The notes: generated by a model from the sequence alone, not told the origin. DNA of 64,000 bases from Eledone cirrhosa (GCA_964016885.1 OZ024740.1:194122001-194186000); one strand, 5' to 3'; numbered from the stretch's first letter, positions 16,058 through 30,018 are shown. Numbers and translations: made by a program.

Positions 16058-16203
16058 TACACACACTATTTTAACTGTTACAAAGACAATTATAATTACA
16101 TTAAAAGTTATAGTTACAGTCCTTTTGAACGAAACTTGTACACACACTACTTTAACTGTTACAAAGACAATTATAATTACATTAAAATTTATAGTTACAG
16201 TCT
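16042..16203. repeat. 81-bp tandem duplication spanning the MITE right end and its flank
   Basis: ttttgaacgaaacttgtacacacacta...tatagttacagtc occurs twice. Confidence 0.9.
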
Positions 16204-16428
16204 TAGGTGTTGCTCCCCTGAACTTCAAAAACACAAACTTATTATTTCATTGTACTTGACGATATCTCATGTGAATAACGTTAGACATATTGGTATTGGC
16301 TGAAAGATAAGCAACACTAGCGAATATACAGGCCTATGCGGAGGGTATGAAACCGTAGTTAGCATGCGGAGATTGTATTAATAACGTACACACACACACA
16401 TGCACACACGCACACACACAAAAACACA

Positions 16429-16467
<39 letters not shown>

Positions 16468-18462
16468 ACACACACACATACACATACATATATATATATA
16501 TATATACATATATACGTACTGTGTATATTTCTGCTGGTGTCAGATTTCTTCCGCAATCTTTTATTTAAAGCATTTTATTTAAATTGCAACGTAATTCATT
16601 TCAATGTGTTTACAATTGTCCCCGTGATAAATATTAATATATATATATATATATATAACTTTCATTTACTGTCAACGCTCGGCTTCGTAGATTAAGTAAA
16701 TTCTTAAAATTTACATATTGCATGTTATAGATTTAAAGAATACATTCTTTAGATGTTGTCTTACTCCTTCGATCTCTCGGTAAATTATATTGATTGTGAA
16801 AATTTGCTTCAAATGTATACAACTATACACAACATGTATTTCCTTTGTAGTTTTGTAGAGGAAAATATGTTTGACAGAGTTTTCAGTATGCTTTTATTGT
16901 TTTTGTTGTTTTCCTGTTTACTGAAGACGGCTTTGCGCACTATGTGTGAATCTTATTTCTTTATCCCTAAAAACGTACTAGGAAATTCTATAACCATCCA
17001 AACGAAGCTCAAAGCTTCGCATGATCAATGGAATATTAAAGGCAAAGGTGATAATACAAATTCTCTTTGAACAACTATTTTCCTGATGATTGAAGATATA
17101 TATTGTAAAAGACTTTTTTTTACATGTAATATTATATTATTCATACTGAAATCGTCTCATAAAATATATATATAATACTAAATCTGCTGGTTTCCTTTCT
17201 TATGATAGTAAGTCAAGCTGCTTACAAAATTATATAATATTGCGTGTTGGATATGTTACCTGAAACAGTGAGCAAATAACATCGACATGAACAGAATCTC
17301 ATTATACCCATAAAATATTGATTGTAAGTGAACACACAAAGAGGGAAAATTATTTGTATTATATTTAATGTTGGTGGAAATAAAGAGGTAACGGTTCAGA
17401 GGAATGCAAAACTAGAAATTCCTCAATAGTATTGCAATAAAGTAACTCAGAACGCTTGTCAAATAAACATTTAAACACGTCTGACTTCCACGATTGAGAT
17501 AAAGGAATACGTAAAATCTAGCATAAGTTTGTGGTTTTCTTCGTAACTTTTATAGATGGTTCTCGTTTGTTGACAGGTATTGTTTTATAGCTGTCCTTGT
17601 ATGGTCAAGGTAATTTATCAGGAATTCCACTCATATTCATAGGATTATTTTTTAATTATATCTTCCATGCATTAATTTTAACCAACACATGAACGTCTAT
17701 TTTCTGTCAAAAAAATTACAAGTAGTTTTCATTCATATTTTGCCTAGCAATGCCGTTGTAATTATATTAGCGTTGCGAAGAGCCTTAATCACCTAATATC
17801 CTTGCAGAAGAATTTTGTCTTGCATATAAAGGAACTCTTACTTTGACTTGAGACTTTAATTAAAAAATAAAACAAGATATATTTCTTAATTATGTCAATA
17901 TTATAGTAGTTTTACGAAGGTTATTAGGGTATTCCTCAGCCGTACGAGGAAGCCATAGTAAATATATTTTACTACCCCTTCTACTAAACAAATTGATCAT
18001 TGACTTCTACATGGTAACAAAGATGTTTCTTAAACGGTATGTTTAAATATAAGTAGAAGCAATTAATCCTTTTTCTTTGTAAGCATTATTAAATGCAAGT
18101 GTTGCACTGCATAATATTGAATAAATATAGGACAGATCAATTCAACAATAATATATGAGGCTAAGTTAAATATTCAACATGATGAACATCCGTATAAATA
18201 GTTTCTTTGTAACATAATTGTTGCATTATATTAAGAGTTTAGTTCATTTCATAGAAACATTAATGAATAGCTAATTAGTTCTAGCATATAATCTCAATGA
18301 ATCATTCTTGAAGACTGTATTTATTTCGGTTCCTACATGACAATATAGCTGAAATATTAACCTATTGGATCATTTTTCAAATGTTTAACCCAAATAAATT
18401 GTAACAAAATATGAGTCCCGCAACAAACCCATTCTTCCTTGTTCACATTACAAAACATATTT

Positions 18463-18558
18463 CTGCTTGCTTCGGCAGTACACGACGTGAATGGATACAA
18501 TAGCAAGTATCGTGTCTTCTGCGCAGAACGACACGCAGATTTGAGTGATACTTATTTT
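18463..18558 (+). pseudogene. Degenerate U6 snRNA copy
   Basis: tgcttgcttcggcagtaca ... gataca ... ctgcgca ... gacacgcagatt ... tatttt is collinear with U6 (GTGCTCGCTTCGGCAGCACA ... GATACAGAGA ... CTGCGCAAGGATGACACGCAAATT ... TATTTT). The ACAGAGA box is destroyed. Confidence 0.7.
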
Positions 18559-20633
18559 GCTAGCCACTGACTGAAGAGGCCACTACGCCGTTCCTCAGCT
18601 CGTTAGTAGGAATAGTTATCGAGTATCCCTCAAATAGCTAACGTCTACCGGCGTACACTGCCTGGGAAAAGATTTTGAATGCTTTCGATCATGATTATGT
18701 TCGATCAAGACTAACCTCTGTCTAAACAACAATGACAACATAGATTTTTCAAAAGAATTTACACTCTATTTTTATCACATTACAAATCATAAAAGATTAT
18801 TCATTCTCGCATATTTATTTGATTCAATCTAACATTAGCATTCCTCATATTTTGGAATGTATTGTATTAATTCGTCATCGGGTAACGTATGAGGGTTGAT
18901 TCTAAAAACCATAGATTAACCCAAATTACTTCGATCATAAACATATATTCCGTTATATAATGGTTCGTCTATCTTTCATGAGGCTCTTATAAGAATAGTA
19001 AAATAATGATATAATTAGATTGGTCGTTAGAATTGTAATTACAATGTCGTTGCATTACCATCAAATAAATGAGACAGGGTAAATGACCGGCTGAGAGAGC
19101 AGCCACTCTACGTGACTGGTGTTTATGAAAGTTTCAAGCCAGTTTCCGATAAACAACCTGTCACGCCATATATGAAATTCTTTCACTTTTCCAATTAGAA
19201 TGTGACAACATTTCCAATATTGATATCCTAAAATGCCTCCAAGAGAAATATTCTAATGGCCTAAAGACTGTTAAATCCTAACGCTATTAATGAAAGATTG
19301 TGATAAGTACGGATTTCCTGATACATCTGACTGCCAATACATCTACGGGAAATTCACGTGATAAACTTAGTTTCTGTGACTGATGGTGTGTGTGTGGTGT
19401 GTGCACGCTCATGCCCGTGTTGGCTTAGAATTTTTAATATTTTGTAGTTCCGTTGAATCATGTCCGTTTTCGCGGGGGTCGGCTTGTTTTGTTATTTAAA
19501 TAATATAGAAAATAATGTCCACTTAAATTACTGGGGCTTAAATAATCGACTAAAAATCTTGAATGCTATGCCGGAAACCATAAACAACGCAAATCAATAA
19601 TTAATATTTAATTTTATTGAATTTGTAAACGTGAATTCGACATAATTAAGCAGATGTAAGATCAATTCAACTGCGAAAATATTTCAATTCTGCGTGGATA
19701 ATTGACTTTTTAAATTGATTATTCTGGAATTTAACAGTATTCACACAGCAGACACACCAATGAAATGACAATTCATTATATTTAAAGAATAACGTAATGC
19801 AATATATAAAATCACTTTAATAATTTAAACGTAAAAAACCCATTGCTGGAAGTATGCGTGTGTGCTCTATATTGTATGAATGTGATATTTTGTAAATACG
19901 AATATTGTTATGGGTATCTTTTTTTATATTTTAATTCATTTAATAACAATTCAATCTCGAAAGATATTAAATTCTATGTATATAGAATTCTTAAAACAAC
20001 TATAGGGACTTTTATATTATATATACTCAAGTTTTATATTATATATACTCATGTATGTGCCTAAAGCGTGTATATTTATGTTTGGTTGTTCGCTTGTTTG
20101 TTTGCTAGTTTTTCCTTGTTTGTGTACAAATATGTATGGAGTGCAGAAATGATGGATAAATAGATTATAAATATATGTGTTGGTATTTAGATGTTGATTT
20201 TACTCATAACTAATATTTCATTTTCAAAACTGTCATTCTCATAAAGTATGAAATCTACTGGTATTTCGGTTTTCCATACATATGTTGCTTGCATACACAA
20301 TCAGTTGATGAATTAATGTTAGAGAGAAATATATTTATTTCACGTAATATGTGATTCGTACAAAAACATATTTTACTGCTATTTCACCTATGTACAGAGT
20401 ATACATTTTATTAAATAAAATTATAATAGTATTTTCCTGAAATATAATATAGCTTGCATTGTTTTCTATATTATTCGAATTCTATGAGTATTGTTAGATA
20501 GGTTTTCATATACTGAGATTTATAAATACGATTTGAATTTAACTTTCAGTCTTACCTATTTTGTAATAACCAGAAAAAATATATGCATGAAGAAAACTGC
20601 AGATAAACGAAGTTCAGAAGGAAAACATAACCA

Positions 20634-20712
<79 letters not shown>

Positions 20713-20714
20713 AG

Positions 20715-22345
20715 TAGTAACACAATAGTTTGTTCATCATACCGAGAACAATTGCTTCACCTTGTGCGGATCTTCAGCTCGGAATGGTAATGGTTATACG
20801 GAACAGGAAAAACAACCGTGTGAACGCGCATGCGCAGAAACTGTCACTTCACGCAAGCGATAGAAAACCACGGGCGAAAGGTGTAAGGGAGATAATTGCG
20901 AATGTCCGGAATAAATCGTTCGAGTTGATTGGAATATTAGAATGTTACGGTTATTCAATCCGGAGCTTCCAGACGTGTGGACAACGTGAGAAGATTTCAT
21001 TTCTTGGATTTAGGCAATCGCTATTGCGTAATCTCCTTAGAATAGTTATCCTTTCTTCAATATAATCCACAAGACGGATTACCCCTTGCCTATGGCTTGG
21101 ACTTAGTGATAGCTTTCCAATGTATGGAGTAGTCTATACCTGAGCATTTGAGGGACCATACATGGCTCACGAGCTTCGTGAAGATCGTTTGTCCGGGTAC
21201 CTAAAGGTAGACTGATGGTTCACAAAGCGTTCCTTAAATCGGCCCTCCGCCATACCCACATAGGATTGGACCTCCTGTGGTTGATTTGGTCGGTTGGAAG
21301 TGATCACAGCTTCATAAAATACAGCAGGTGTGTTGCATTGGTATTGAAGGGGACAAGCTTTACGCTTTCGACAAGAGCATCCTGGTGGGGTGTCACTCTT
21401 AGGACTGTTGGTGATGTGGGACATCATATTCTTAGCGCAGGAGTACCCTAGTTTTACTCTGTGTCTGTTAAAGATGGAACGGTATTTGTGACCTATGGGA
21501 AAGTGTCTATCTAAGAGGGCCAAAACGTTTTTTCCTACATTAGTTTTAACGTTGAGTGAGAAGGGAACAGAGAACCAGATAGTTTGTCTATTGTTACGAT
21601 TTCTTTTCTTATTGCTGTTGCTGTTAGCGGGGGAGTAAGTAATTGGTTGCGAGAAGGCGCTGTTAGCTAACGCCGTGGTGAAGTAGGGGGCCTCTCTGTC
21701 AAAGATTGCTTTATTAGAGGAGAGGTTAGAGATTCTAGTACTGATATTATTTACGAAGTTTCTAAAAACAGTAGCAGGGTTGCATGAATCCTTGTGTATG
21801 TAATTAAAATGTTCGTTTAGTTTATGGAAGGGTCTGACGGTATGTGTGCGAAAGTCTAAATTAATGTTTAAGAAATCTACGCTAGAGAGGTTGGTAGCTG
21901 CCGTTATTCTAAGTCCTAACTCATTAAAAGTAGAAATTAAATATTTTTAAAACCGGTTCAGGTCATGACTACTTTTATGTCTCAATAAGGTCAGACCATC
22001 GTCGCGGTATATTCACGTGTGGAAGTCCGGGAATCTAACACATAATGCATTTAAATTAAATTAACCAACCAAATCGCATACGTCGGCATTGTCGGACGAT
22101 ACTATGGAGAAGTCGAATAGGTCTGAAGTGGTTTACTTCTTTGTCCGGGCTATTCCGTTGTAGAAGACGAGGGTTTTCTGACAGTGTGCGACGATCTCCC
22201 TGTCCAAAGCATGGACGGTAGCGTAAGTGGTAGCAAATTCCAACGCTCTGTTTAACAGGGTTTCTGAGATCGACGGGTAAAAATGTCGAATTGCGTGAAC
22301 TTCGCTATTTTGGAGTTGAAGGAGTTAAACCACTTAATGATTGAG
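20715..22345 (-). mobile_element. Penelope-like element (Hydra-clade-like), 5'-truncated, pseudogenised RT plus GIY-YIG
   Basis: RT motifs FYPSISETLLNRALEFA, IYRDDGL, VDFLNINLD; IWFSVPFS; CSCRKRKACPL (CxCx5C); YVGMAEGRFKERFVNH. HHR in the 3' region. Confidence 0.88.
20742..20782 (-). ncRNA. Hammerhead motif in PLE 3' end (GAAG variant)
   Basis: ccgag-CTGAAGA-tcc(gcacaa)ggt-GAAG-caattg-TT-ctcgg. Confidence 0.75.
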
Positions 22346-22359
22346 TCGCTCTTCCCCCA

Positions 22360-22400
22360 CTTTTATACTAAAACTTTTTCTTATTTGCCAAACCACCTTG

Positions 22401-22438
<38 letters not shown>

Positions 22439-23029
22439 CAAGGTGGTTTGGCAAATAAGAATAAGTTTTAGAATAAGTTTTAAAAAGTTCACTGTACCTG
22501 CTGCAATTACCCTTACCGTACGGTCTCAAAATAAATGGATAATCCATGCGGAAAATCCATTGAAAAGGAAGATCTCATCAGATGCTTCTTTTCACTCGGA
22601 GAATATAAAATTCCCGAGTTCAAATCACGATCTGGCGCTACTCAAAATTGTTCCCGTGATGAGAGTGTATGATAAAGAAGCAATTCTGTCTAGTGCCGTG
22701 TGCAAAGATAGAAGGCAAAGGCGGAAAGGTCAATCTACTACCACTAGAAATAGCAGCAGTTAAAACGACCAAAATGTTATCTCGACCAGGGGAGATAATA
22801 ATAATAATAAAGTATGTATCCCTACATGCAAAATACATATAGGGACACATGTATTATCCAACGGTATGCAATGTTAATCGTTAACATCGTTAAAATGTTC
22901 TTATTTGCTAAACCTTGATTATATAAGTTCTGGCTCGTTAATTGATTAAACTACCATAGAACCACATTGGCATACGGTTGGATAACACATGTGTCCCTAT
23001 AAGTATTTTTCATGTAGGGATACATAATT

Positions 23030-23035
<6 letters not shown>
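22360..23035. repeat. Cluster of nested inverted repeats, probably non-coding pLTR pieces
   Basis: ttcttatttgccaaaccaccttgatta-(TA)n-taatcaaggtggtttggcaaataagaa; a third copy at about 22898-22922; a second inverted pair of about 70 bp at about 22804-22875 and 22964-23035. Confidence 0.8.
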
Positions 23036-23063
<28 letters not shown>

Positions 23064-23304
23064 TTGCGAGGTTTTTTATATGAAATCGTGTGTCGAAACA
23101 AATATTGTTATACTTGGGGAGGGTCATATTTGTGTAATATTGCCAGAATTAATAACAGAACACACTCACTGTTTGGTTGGTTTTCGCTTTTCGCTGTCTT
23201 TTATATCGGTAATCTAACTTACTCGGTCCTCAATGTTGCCATTGACTGACCGACGGTCAAAAATAATACAGATACAATATAGACACAAACACATATATAT
23301 AGTT

Positions 23305-23350
23305 TATCATAAATCTTTCGTTGCACATCTGCAACATCGTCAGTGGTGTT
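23305..23350 (-). ncRNA. Hammerhead motif in PLE pLTR
   Basis: cacca-CTGACGA-t-gttgca(gatg)tgcaac-GAAA-gatt-TA-tg. Core intact, stem I short. Same motif at 46855-46897. Confidence 0.7.
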
Positions 23351-25840
23351 ATATTTTCCTCCTGTTGTGTTGTATGTCTACGCAATTTTTATTCAGTCTG
23401 TCTATATATTTATTTATTTATTTATTTGCTTGTTTGTTTATTTTATTTCGTCTTCTTTGCGCATGCGTTTGCGTGTGTGTATAGTGTTATGTTTGCTGTG
23501 TGATGGGTGACTAGTGTGTGTTTATGTGCTTGTGTATGTATTATTTATTTATTTATCTTATTTTATTTACTTATTTATACTTCTCTTAGGTCAGTGTTGT
23601 TTGTTTGGGTGTTGTTGTTATTACATTCATTCTTTCTGTTTAGCTTTGGTCTTCTAATTTCTATTTCACTGGCCTCTCTTATTTTCCTATCTGCTGGGTC
23701 ATTTCTATGTTTAGATATTATTCTAATTTCTATGTTGTCTATGTTACCGTCATGTTGTTGTCTAGCATGTTCGTATAGTACTGACCCGTTTTTTCGTCCT
23801 TTTAGTTCCCCCCAGTGTTGGTCTATCCTTTCACCTATGCTACGAGCTGTCTCACCTATGTATGTTGTTGTCATGTTTCTGCAAGTACCCTCTGTACATC
23901 TTATGCTATAGACTACGTTTCTAGTTTTACAGTTTATCCGGGGGTTCACCTTACATATGATACATTTCCTATTGGTACAGTGGGTCTTCTTAAAAGGGTA
24001 GGTTTTTGCTGATCAGGGATTTTATGGTGGTTCCTGGCTTTTCTACCACCTTTATTTTTAAGTGGGTCTTTCTCAGGGCCTGTCTACACTGGTTAGCTAA
24101 TTTCCCTCCAGGCGTGGCGTCCACAAACATGACACTCTGGTATCTCTGGTTGTCGTACCATGAGGTGGCTTTCCCTATCTTATGTCTAGCCCTATCTAAG
24201 CTATTCCATGATTTGCTCCTGTATAATGGGCAAATTCCTTTCATGTCCAGTTCTATGAGGGTCTTATACTTTTCCATGGTTCCTTCGTATACTCTGATTC
24301 TGTCTCTTTGGTTGTAGCCAGAGAACTGCATGCGGTTGATAAAGTGTTGGATGTGTCTTTCCATTTCTGTTGGGTCACACATGCTGGACACATTCTTCAT
24401 CACTCGTACCAAATCTGCGATCAGAATATTAAACTTAGCACTACTGGACATTGCTGAGTTTTTGAGTATCAGGTATTTGGAGGCCATGGGTTTAGCATAG
24501 TGTGAGTGGAGAATTTGGGCTCTCTCGTATATAGTGTTAATCCAGAGTTCTGTGTCTAATACAGGTAGTCTATTGTTAGGGTGTTTGGAAGGGAAGTCGA
24601 TAGTTACAGTTATACTCTGGTGTATGGAATTAGCTATCTGCTGGATGCTTTCTATCGTGCTACGTTCTAAATCAAACTTGTTAGTGCTCTCTAGTGGGGG
24701 TGTTCTTATAACTATATTGATATCGTCTACATAACGAGAGTACATGATGAGGTCTATGGAGCTTTCATTAAGGAGATCTTTAAGTCTCCTTTCCCACCAT
24801 ACCATGAAAAGGTTGGCAACATCACCAGCTATGCTGACGCCGATGGCTGCTCCCTCATTTTGGGTGTAGATTTTCTCGTTGAACTTAAATATGTGGCCCT
24901 TTAGGGTAGTTTTGATACTAGCCCCTATTGCATGTGCAACCATTTTTCTTACCTGATCATTGTTTTGGGGGGTCCTTATAGCTTTGGTCCACCCAGTCCA
25001 CCTTCCCATGGGAGTCTTTTTTGCCATTGAGGTTATGGTGGGGGGGTCTACCTCTTATAGGTCTACTAGGGCAGAAACATCTAAGGTCATGGCTGTCTAG
25101 GTAGTCAGTGTCGTAGGTAAGTCTAAGTAGGAGGCCCAGTTCGTCTGTGTCGACGTCGCAGAACTCCACCTCACTCTCAATGATCATCTCCACACATCTT
25201 TTCACAGAAAAATCAATGTTAATGGATGGGTACAGTGACACCACATCCATGCTGCCTATTATTCAGTTGGATAGGCTCCTGTTTTTGTGCACTCACTGAT
25301 TCTGCTGAGGAGGTCCTCTGTACTGTCACATACATCTGGGGACCTCTTGATTATGGGGCGTATAACCATTGAGAGGAAGTAGGAGATCCTGTAGTTGCTA
25401 GCTATATTAGCTCCGCATACGGATCTTGTTGGTGGTCCTGTTGTCGGGTCGTCGACTGTCTTGTGGTCTTTGCGGAGCCCATACAAGGGTCGTATGCCAT
25501 TGTTAGACGCCTGGAAGTTGTTGGCAGTTCGTCTGCTTGGCTTTAGGGTGTCAGTCCACATCATCATGTGAGCGTTGAGGATTTTTCTCTCCCATCGTGT
25601 GTTTGTTGTGCAATTTCGCTCGTGTTGGTGATGTGGGGTTGCATAGCCTCGATGTAGTTCGGCATGCTATCTATTGACATCCTACCAGACTTATCCGTGG
25701 GTAGACACACTACCTCACCATCCCTTGTGCGCTGCTTGAGGCTAACCAAGCCTTCTACAGGTTTCCTCCCAAGTTGTTGGGCCTCTGGTCTGCTCTGTCT
25801 CTTAGTTTACCTGTCTACTATTTGTCTAATGTTATTTCTA

Positions 25841-26020
25841 TTGGCAGTATCGGTAGAGGGTCGGACGCTATGCTTTCCAGCATAGTTACGTCCCTTTACG
25901 ATCTGTGTTCAAATCCCGCCGAGGTTGACTTTGCCTTTCATCCTTACGGGGTCGATAAAATAAAGTACCAGTAATGCACTGGGTAATTGCTGGCCTTGTG
26001 CCTAAAGTAGAAGCAGTTAT
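25841..26020 (+). mobile_element. tRNA-derived SINE (Meta-domain-like) inserted in the PLE
   Basis: A/B-box-like head (ggcagtatcggtag; gttcaaatccc), central gaggttgactttgcctttcatccttacggggtcgataaaat, 10-bp TSD gttatttcta. Confidence 0.88.
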
Positions 26021-26270
26021 TTCTAGCTATGGTGAACTGTGCCTCTGTCTCGTCATCTATTTGTTGTGGTATGCAAACTCTTTTATTAAAGGGTAACCTC
26101 GTAGGATAGATATTACCCATCTTACGTGGGTCAGTCAATGGCAACATTGAGGACCGAGTAAGTTAGATTACCGATATAAAAGACAGCGAAAAGCGAAAAC
26201 CAACCAAACAGTGAGTGTGTTCTGTTATTAATTCTGGCAATATTACACAAATATGACCCTCCCCAAGTAT

Positions 26271-26317
<47 letters not shown>

Positions 26318-26374
26318 AATAATATGTATATATAGAATAATAATAACAATCATCATTCACTAAGCAAAATCAAC

Positions 26375-26485
<111 letters not shown>

Positions 26486-26551
26486 GAATAATAATATATA
26501 TATATAGAATAATAATAACAATCATCATTCACTAAGCAAAATCAACATACG

Positions 26552-26596
<45 letters not shown>

Positions 26597-26606
26597 TATA
26601 TATATA

Positions 26607-26806
26607 NNNNNNNNNNNNNNNNNNNNNNNNNNNNNNNNNNNNNNNNNNNNNNNNNNNNNNNNNNNNNNNNNNNNNNNNNNNNNNNNNNNNNNNNNNNNNN
26701 NNNNNNNNNNNNNNNNNNNNNNNNNNNNNNNNNNNNNNNNNNNNNNNNNNNNNNNNNNNNNNNNNNNNNNNNNNNNNNNNNNNNNNNNNNNNNNNNNNNN
26801 NNNNNN
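26607..26806. other. Assembly gap (200 N)
   Basis: Run of N; the true length is unknown. Confidence 1.
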
Positions 26807-28479
26807 TGTGTGATACAGGATGACAGATGAAGTATACCACCCAACATTTCAGAATGTATCGACCTAAGTAATTATTGTATGATTTATCATTTGACGCTCT
26901 ACCAATTTGGTCAATCACTACCTTGGACGCGTACGGGACTTATAGAATTGGAAAAGCTGGATGGCAAATTTGACCGCGACGAAATTTGAACTAAGAGCAT
27001 AGAAAACATCAACAAATATCTAAAATTATTTGTGTGACAATTCGCCGCCTCACAACTTAAATCTGATCCCAAGTTAACGAAGCACTAAAATATGATTTAC
27101 TGCGGGTAGCGGTGTTCTGGCACTTCCAATCTTATCTATTGCTTGTTTGATGGATATTCCCTCAGGGACTTATCTTAGTTTGAAACTGTTGACTCTTGTA
27201 TTTCATGTTTTTTATCTGTGCTACTTTAGCACCAACGGCAATATTCTGTTGCAAATGCAATCTCAGTTGAAGATTTCAAATTTAAGAAAACAGCTTATAA
27301 CAAATATTGAAATATCGATTTTACTCTCTGTTTTCATGGTCAGCAGTAAGTTATCCAATAAGCCTCTTCCAGTGATCATTGTATCCATGGCGGGTGTGTT
27401 AAAGATCTGTAATGTGTTTTACATGTATAATGAATGTGTTCAGGAATATGACACTAATACCTCAGTTAGGGTCGTCACTCATATAAATATGCAAAAGAGA
27501 AGAAACAACTATTACAGTTAATAGGTCGTTTGTGGAATTATTGTACATGAATTAATTTTACATTTCTTGTTGTGAGCTGGGACCCATCAGTTTTATTGCC
27601 ACATATGCACGATAAATGTATTCTGGTTGACGAAAAATGTTCTTAAACGAAATATCCTGGGATGGACAGGTGTGAGAAAAACGGAATCGAATGGACACTT
27701 GTCTACATAACAAATGTTAGAAATCCAAAATGAAAAGCTTCAAGACATGCATGATGGGGGTAGTATTCTGCTTTGCTAAATCCTATGAATAAATAATGAT
27801 TTCACGATAAAATCAGGTTTTACCTAAAGGCTGACAATCCTTTATTTTACATACAGTGTTCAAAGCTTTTCTTTGCAAAGCCTCTCCAATAGGAAGCGAT
27901 TAAGCAGTGCGATATAACACGTCATACTGAACGTTTCTCTTTAAAAGCTATGAAAGAAATAGGAGCTTTGAATGTGGAATTTGAACCCTCCTGCATATGT
28001 CGGGTAACAGAATATGAATAACTATATATGTTATTGAAAATAAACAAACATTGACGCGTTGAGTGAGTTGAAATAATTTAAGAATGGAAGAAAGTCTTGA
28101 ATCCCAGAGAATTGCTATGAGAAGAGCTTTAGAAAATCGGATGAAAATACCCTTATAGACAGAATTTGAGAGATAGAGTTTGATTCTATGTAGTGGCTGC
28201 TAATCACATTTTGCGTCTATAGGGACATTATTATCCTGCGATCAAGAATTTCTTCCTTTCTTAAAATATACATGTTCCTTGGGTATAATACGTAATTGTT
28301 CGTAACGTAAAGATTTAGTTGACTGAATCTTTAAGTGACCCTTGGCTATTTAATTTATTCATTGCCAACGAAGTTAAGAAAGGTAATATTCAAACTAACA
28401 ATATTTGCATTTGACAATATAGAAGAAAGTAAATTTCCAAAAGCATAAGCACTTTGGGCTAAATGTATTGCTTTACTTA

Positions 28480-28560
28480 TTGCGTTTCGAGTTTAAATGC
28501 CACCGAGGTCAACTTTCTCTTGCATGCTTCAAATGCAGATCAATGAAATAACCGTGAAGA
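28480..28560 (+). mobile_element. Old, decayed SINE fragment; similar remnants at about 26870-27050 (-) and 63270-63495 (+)
   Basis: gtttcgagtttaaatgccaccgaggtcaacttt resembles the central SINE domain. Confidence 0.55.
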
Positions 28561-29329
28561 GTTGTCTGCTGGTGAAACAGTTAATGATTCAGACGGGAGG
28601 TCATGCCCTAATTGATCAGGTCCTTTTTGTGCTAACTTGAAATCATACACTGCTGTACTTAGCTGCTACATTTAATTCCTCGCCCATTTTAATACCGTCA
28701 GCTGACTTATGGGTGGCTTTAGTAGAGCGCACATTTTTACAAGTCACCAGTTTGAGTATATCTGCCTCCTTCCTTTACAATAGGCTCGTAGCTCCTGAAT
28801 AGATTCATTGCCGCTAACTTATCTCTTCACATAAAGATAAATATAACGGGTGAGAATAAATAGTGTAAAATTGAATATTCTACCAATTTTACAAACTCGG
28901 TGCCTGTATATTAACTACCTGCATTGCGCTATTGAATCTATAGCAATATTTCATTAGTTTATAATTAATCATTGAATATTGAATACTTTGGGATTTAGAG
29001 ATTATCAAATTAATTACTTGATATTAGATAATAAAACAATTTAATTATTACATCTAATATAAAATGCATAATTTAGTATTTTATAGTCGGTCCCAAATAT
29101 ATTATATCTGTTCTGGTCTCCCCATTGCAACATTGTTATATCAGTTGCTCATCCCAAACACATATCTAATTACAGTCATGATATTTATATTTTATGAGCC
29201 AATTGTGTTATTAAAACCCAGACATAACCCATTGTCTCACGGATTGTATACGTGATATTGGCTTCTTCACAAAAACTGTATTCAAGATTTGATGTCGTAT
29301 ATATATATCTATGTCGTATATATATATCT

Positions 29330-29970
29330 ATGTCAGGTCACCAGTTGGTGCTACTGGTAACATGTATCCCAGTACAACCTGTCTCATGGTCGGGTCGTTG
29401 GCGACTAAACTGGCAACCCCACCAAGGTTTCTTGGTGAGGAGGGTGACTTTGGACATCCTGCAGGACTAAAAACAAAACCTGTCAAAGGGCAAAGGAGCT
29501 CTTAAGAGTCAATGGCCATCCAAAATCACCGGGAGAGATGACCCCTTAGCCTTTGTCAAGGCGAGAATTCTAGGAGAAGGAAAACTCTGATATAACACCT
29601 GCAACCCTGATGGTATCCAATGATGTTGACTTGTTCTTCTTTTTGGTAAATATCATCTTGGTTAAGAGAGTGGGACTGGCTTTGTGCAGTGCCTTTGCTC
29701 ACTATAAAAGCTTCACGGCACAGGCATTGCTTTATATCTGGAGATCTCTCTGCACTTGTCCTCACATGGGCCCAGCACTATGTGTCAATGGTTGTCCTAC
29801 CATGGGCCCAGCACTATGTGTCAATGGTTGTCACAGGTGTAGTGTTTGTACCAGAGGTTTCAAGTCGCTGGCTGGACTAAAAAGTCACACTCGTTCAGCG
29901 CTTCGGTAGGGGTTATCCTACATGGATGTAAAGTAGTGGCCGTACTCGAAAACGAGTTGGCAGCCACCAT
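29330..29970 (+). mobile_element. Internally deleted RTE-type LINE derivative (5' UTR plus C-terminal C2H2 finger and 3' UTR)
   Basis: RTE-like 5' UTR motif ctaggagaaggaaaactctga; terminal HRCSVCTRGFKSLAGLKSHTRS; internal 35-bp duplication catgggcccagcactatgtgtcaatggttgtc; flanked by (TA)n. Confidence 0.55.
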
Positions 29971-29973
29971 ATG

Positions 29974-30004
<31 letters not shown>

Positions 30005-30018
30005 GTGTGTGTGTGTGT

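Larger units (their letters stand above)
23061..26277 (-). mobile_element. Penelope-like element (Neptune-like Cys linker) with 3' pLTR and inverted 5' pLTR copy; frameshifted
   Basis: LPTDKSGR, LYGLRKDHK, MDVVSLYPSI, QNEGAAIG, RYVDD, LPVLD, HCTNRKCIIC, NVVYSIRC..YIGETARSIGERIDQH. 26129-26277 is the reverse complement of about 23102-23250. Interrupted by a SINE and bounded by (TA)n. Confidence 0.93.

Noticed and set aside
26920-29300. Short ORFs in unique AT-rich DNA (e.g. 27147-27521) as host exons
   Set aside because: No recognisable domain or coherent exon chain. Small exons cannot be excluded without RNA-seq.
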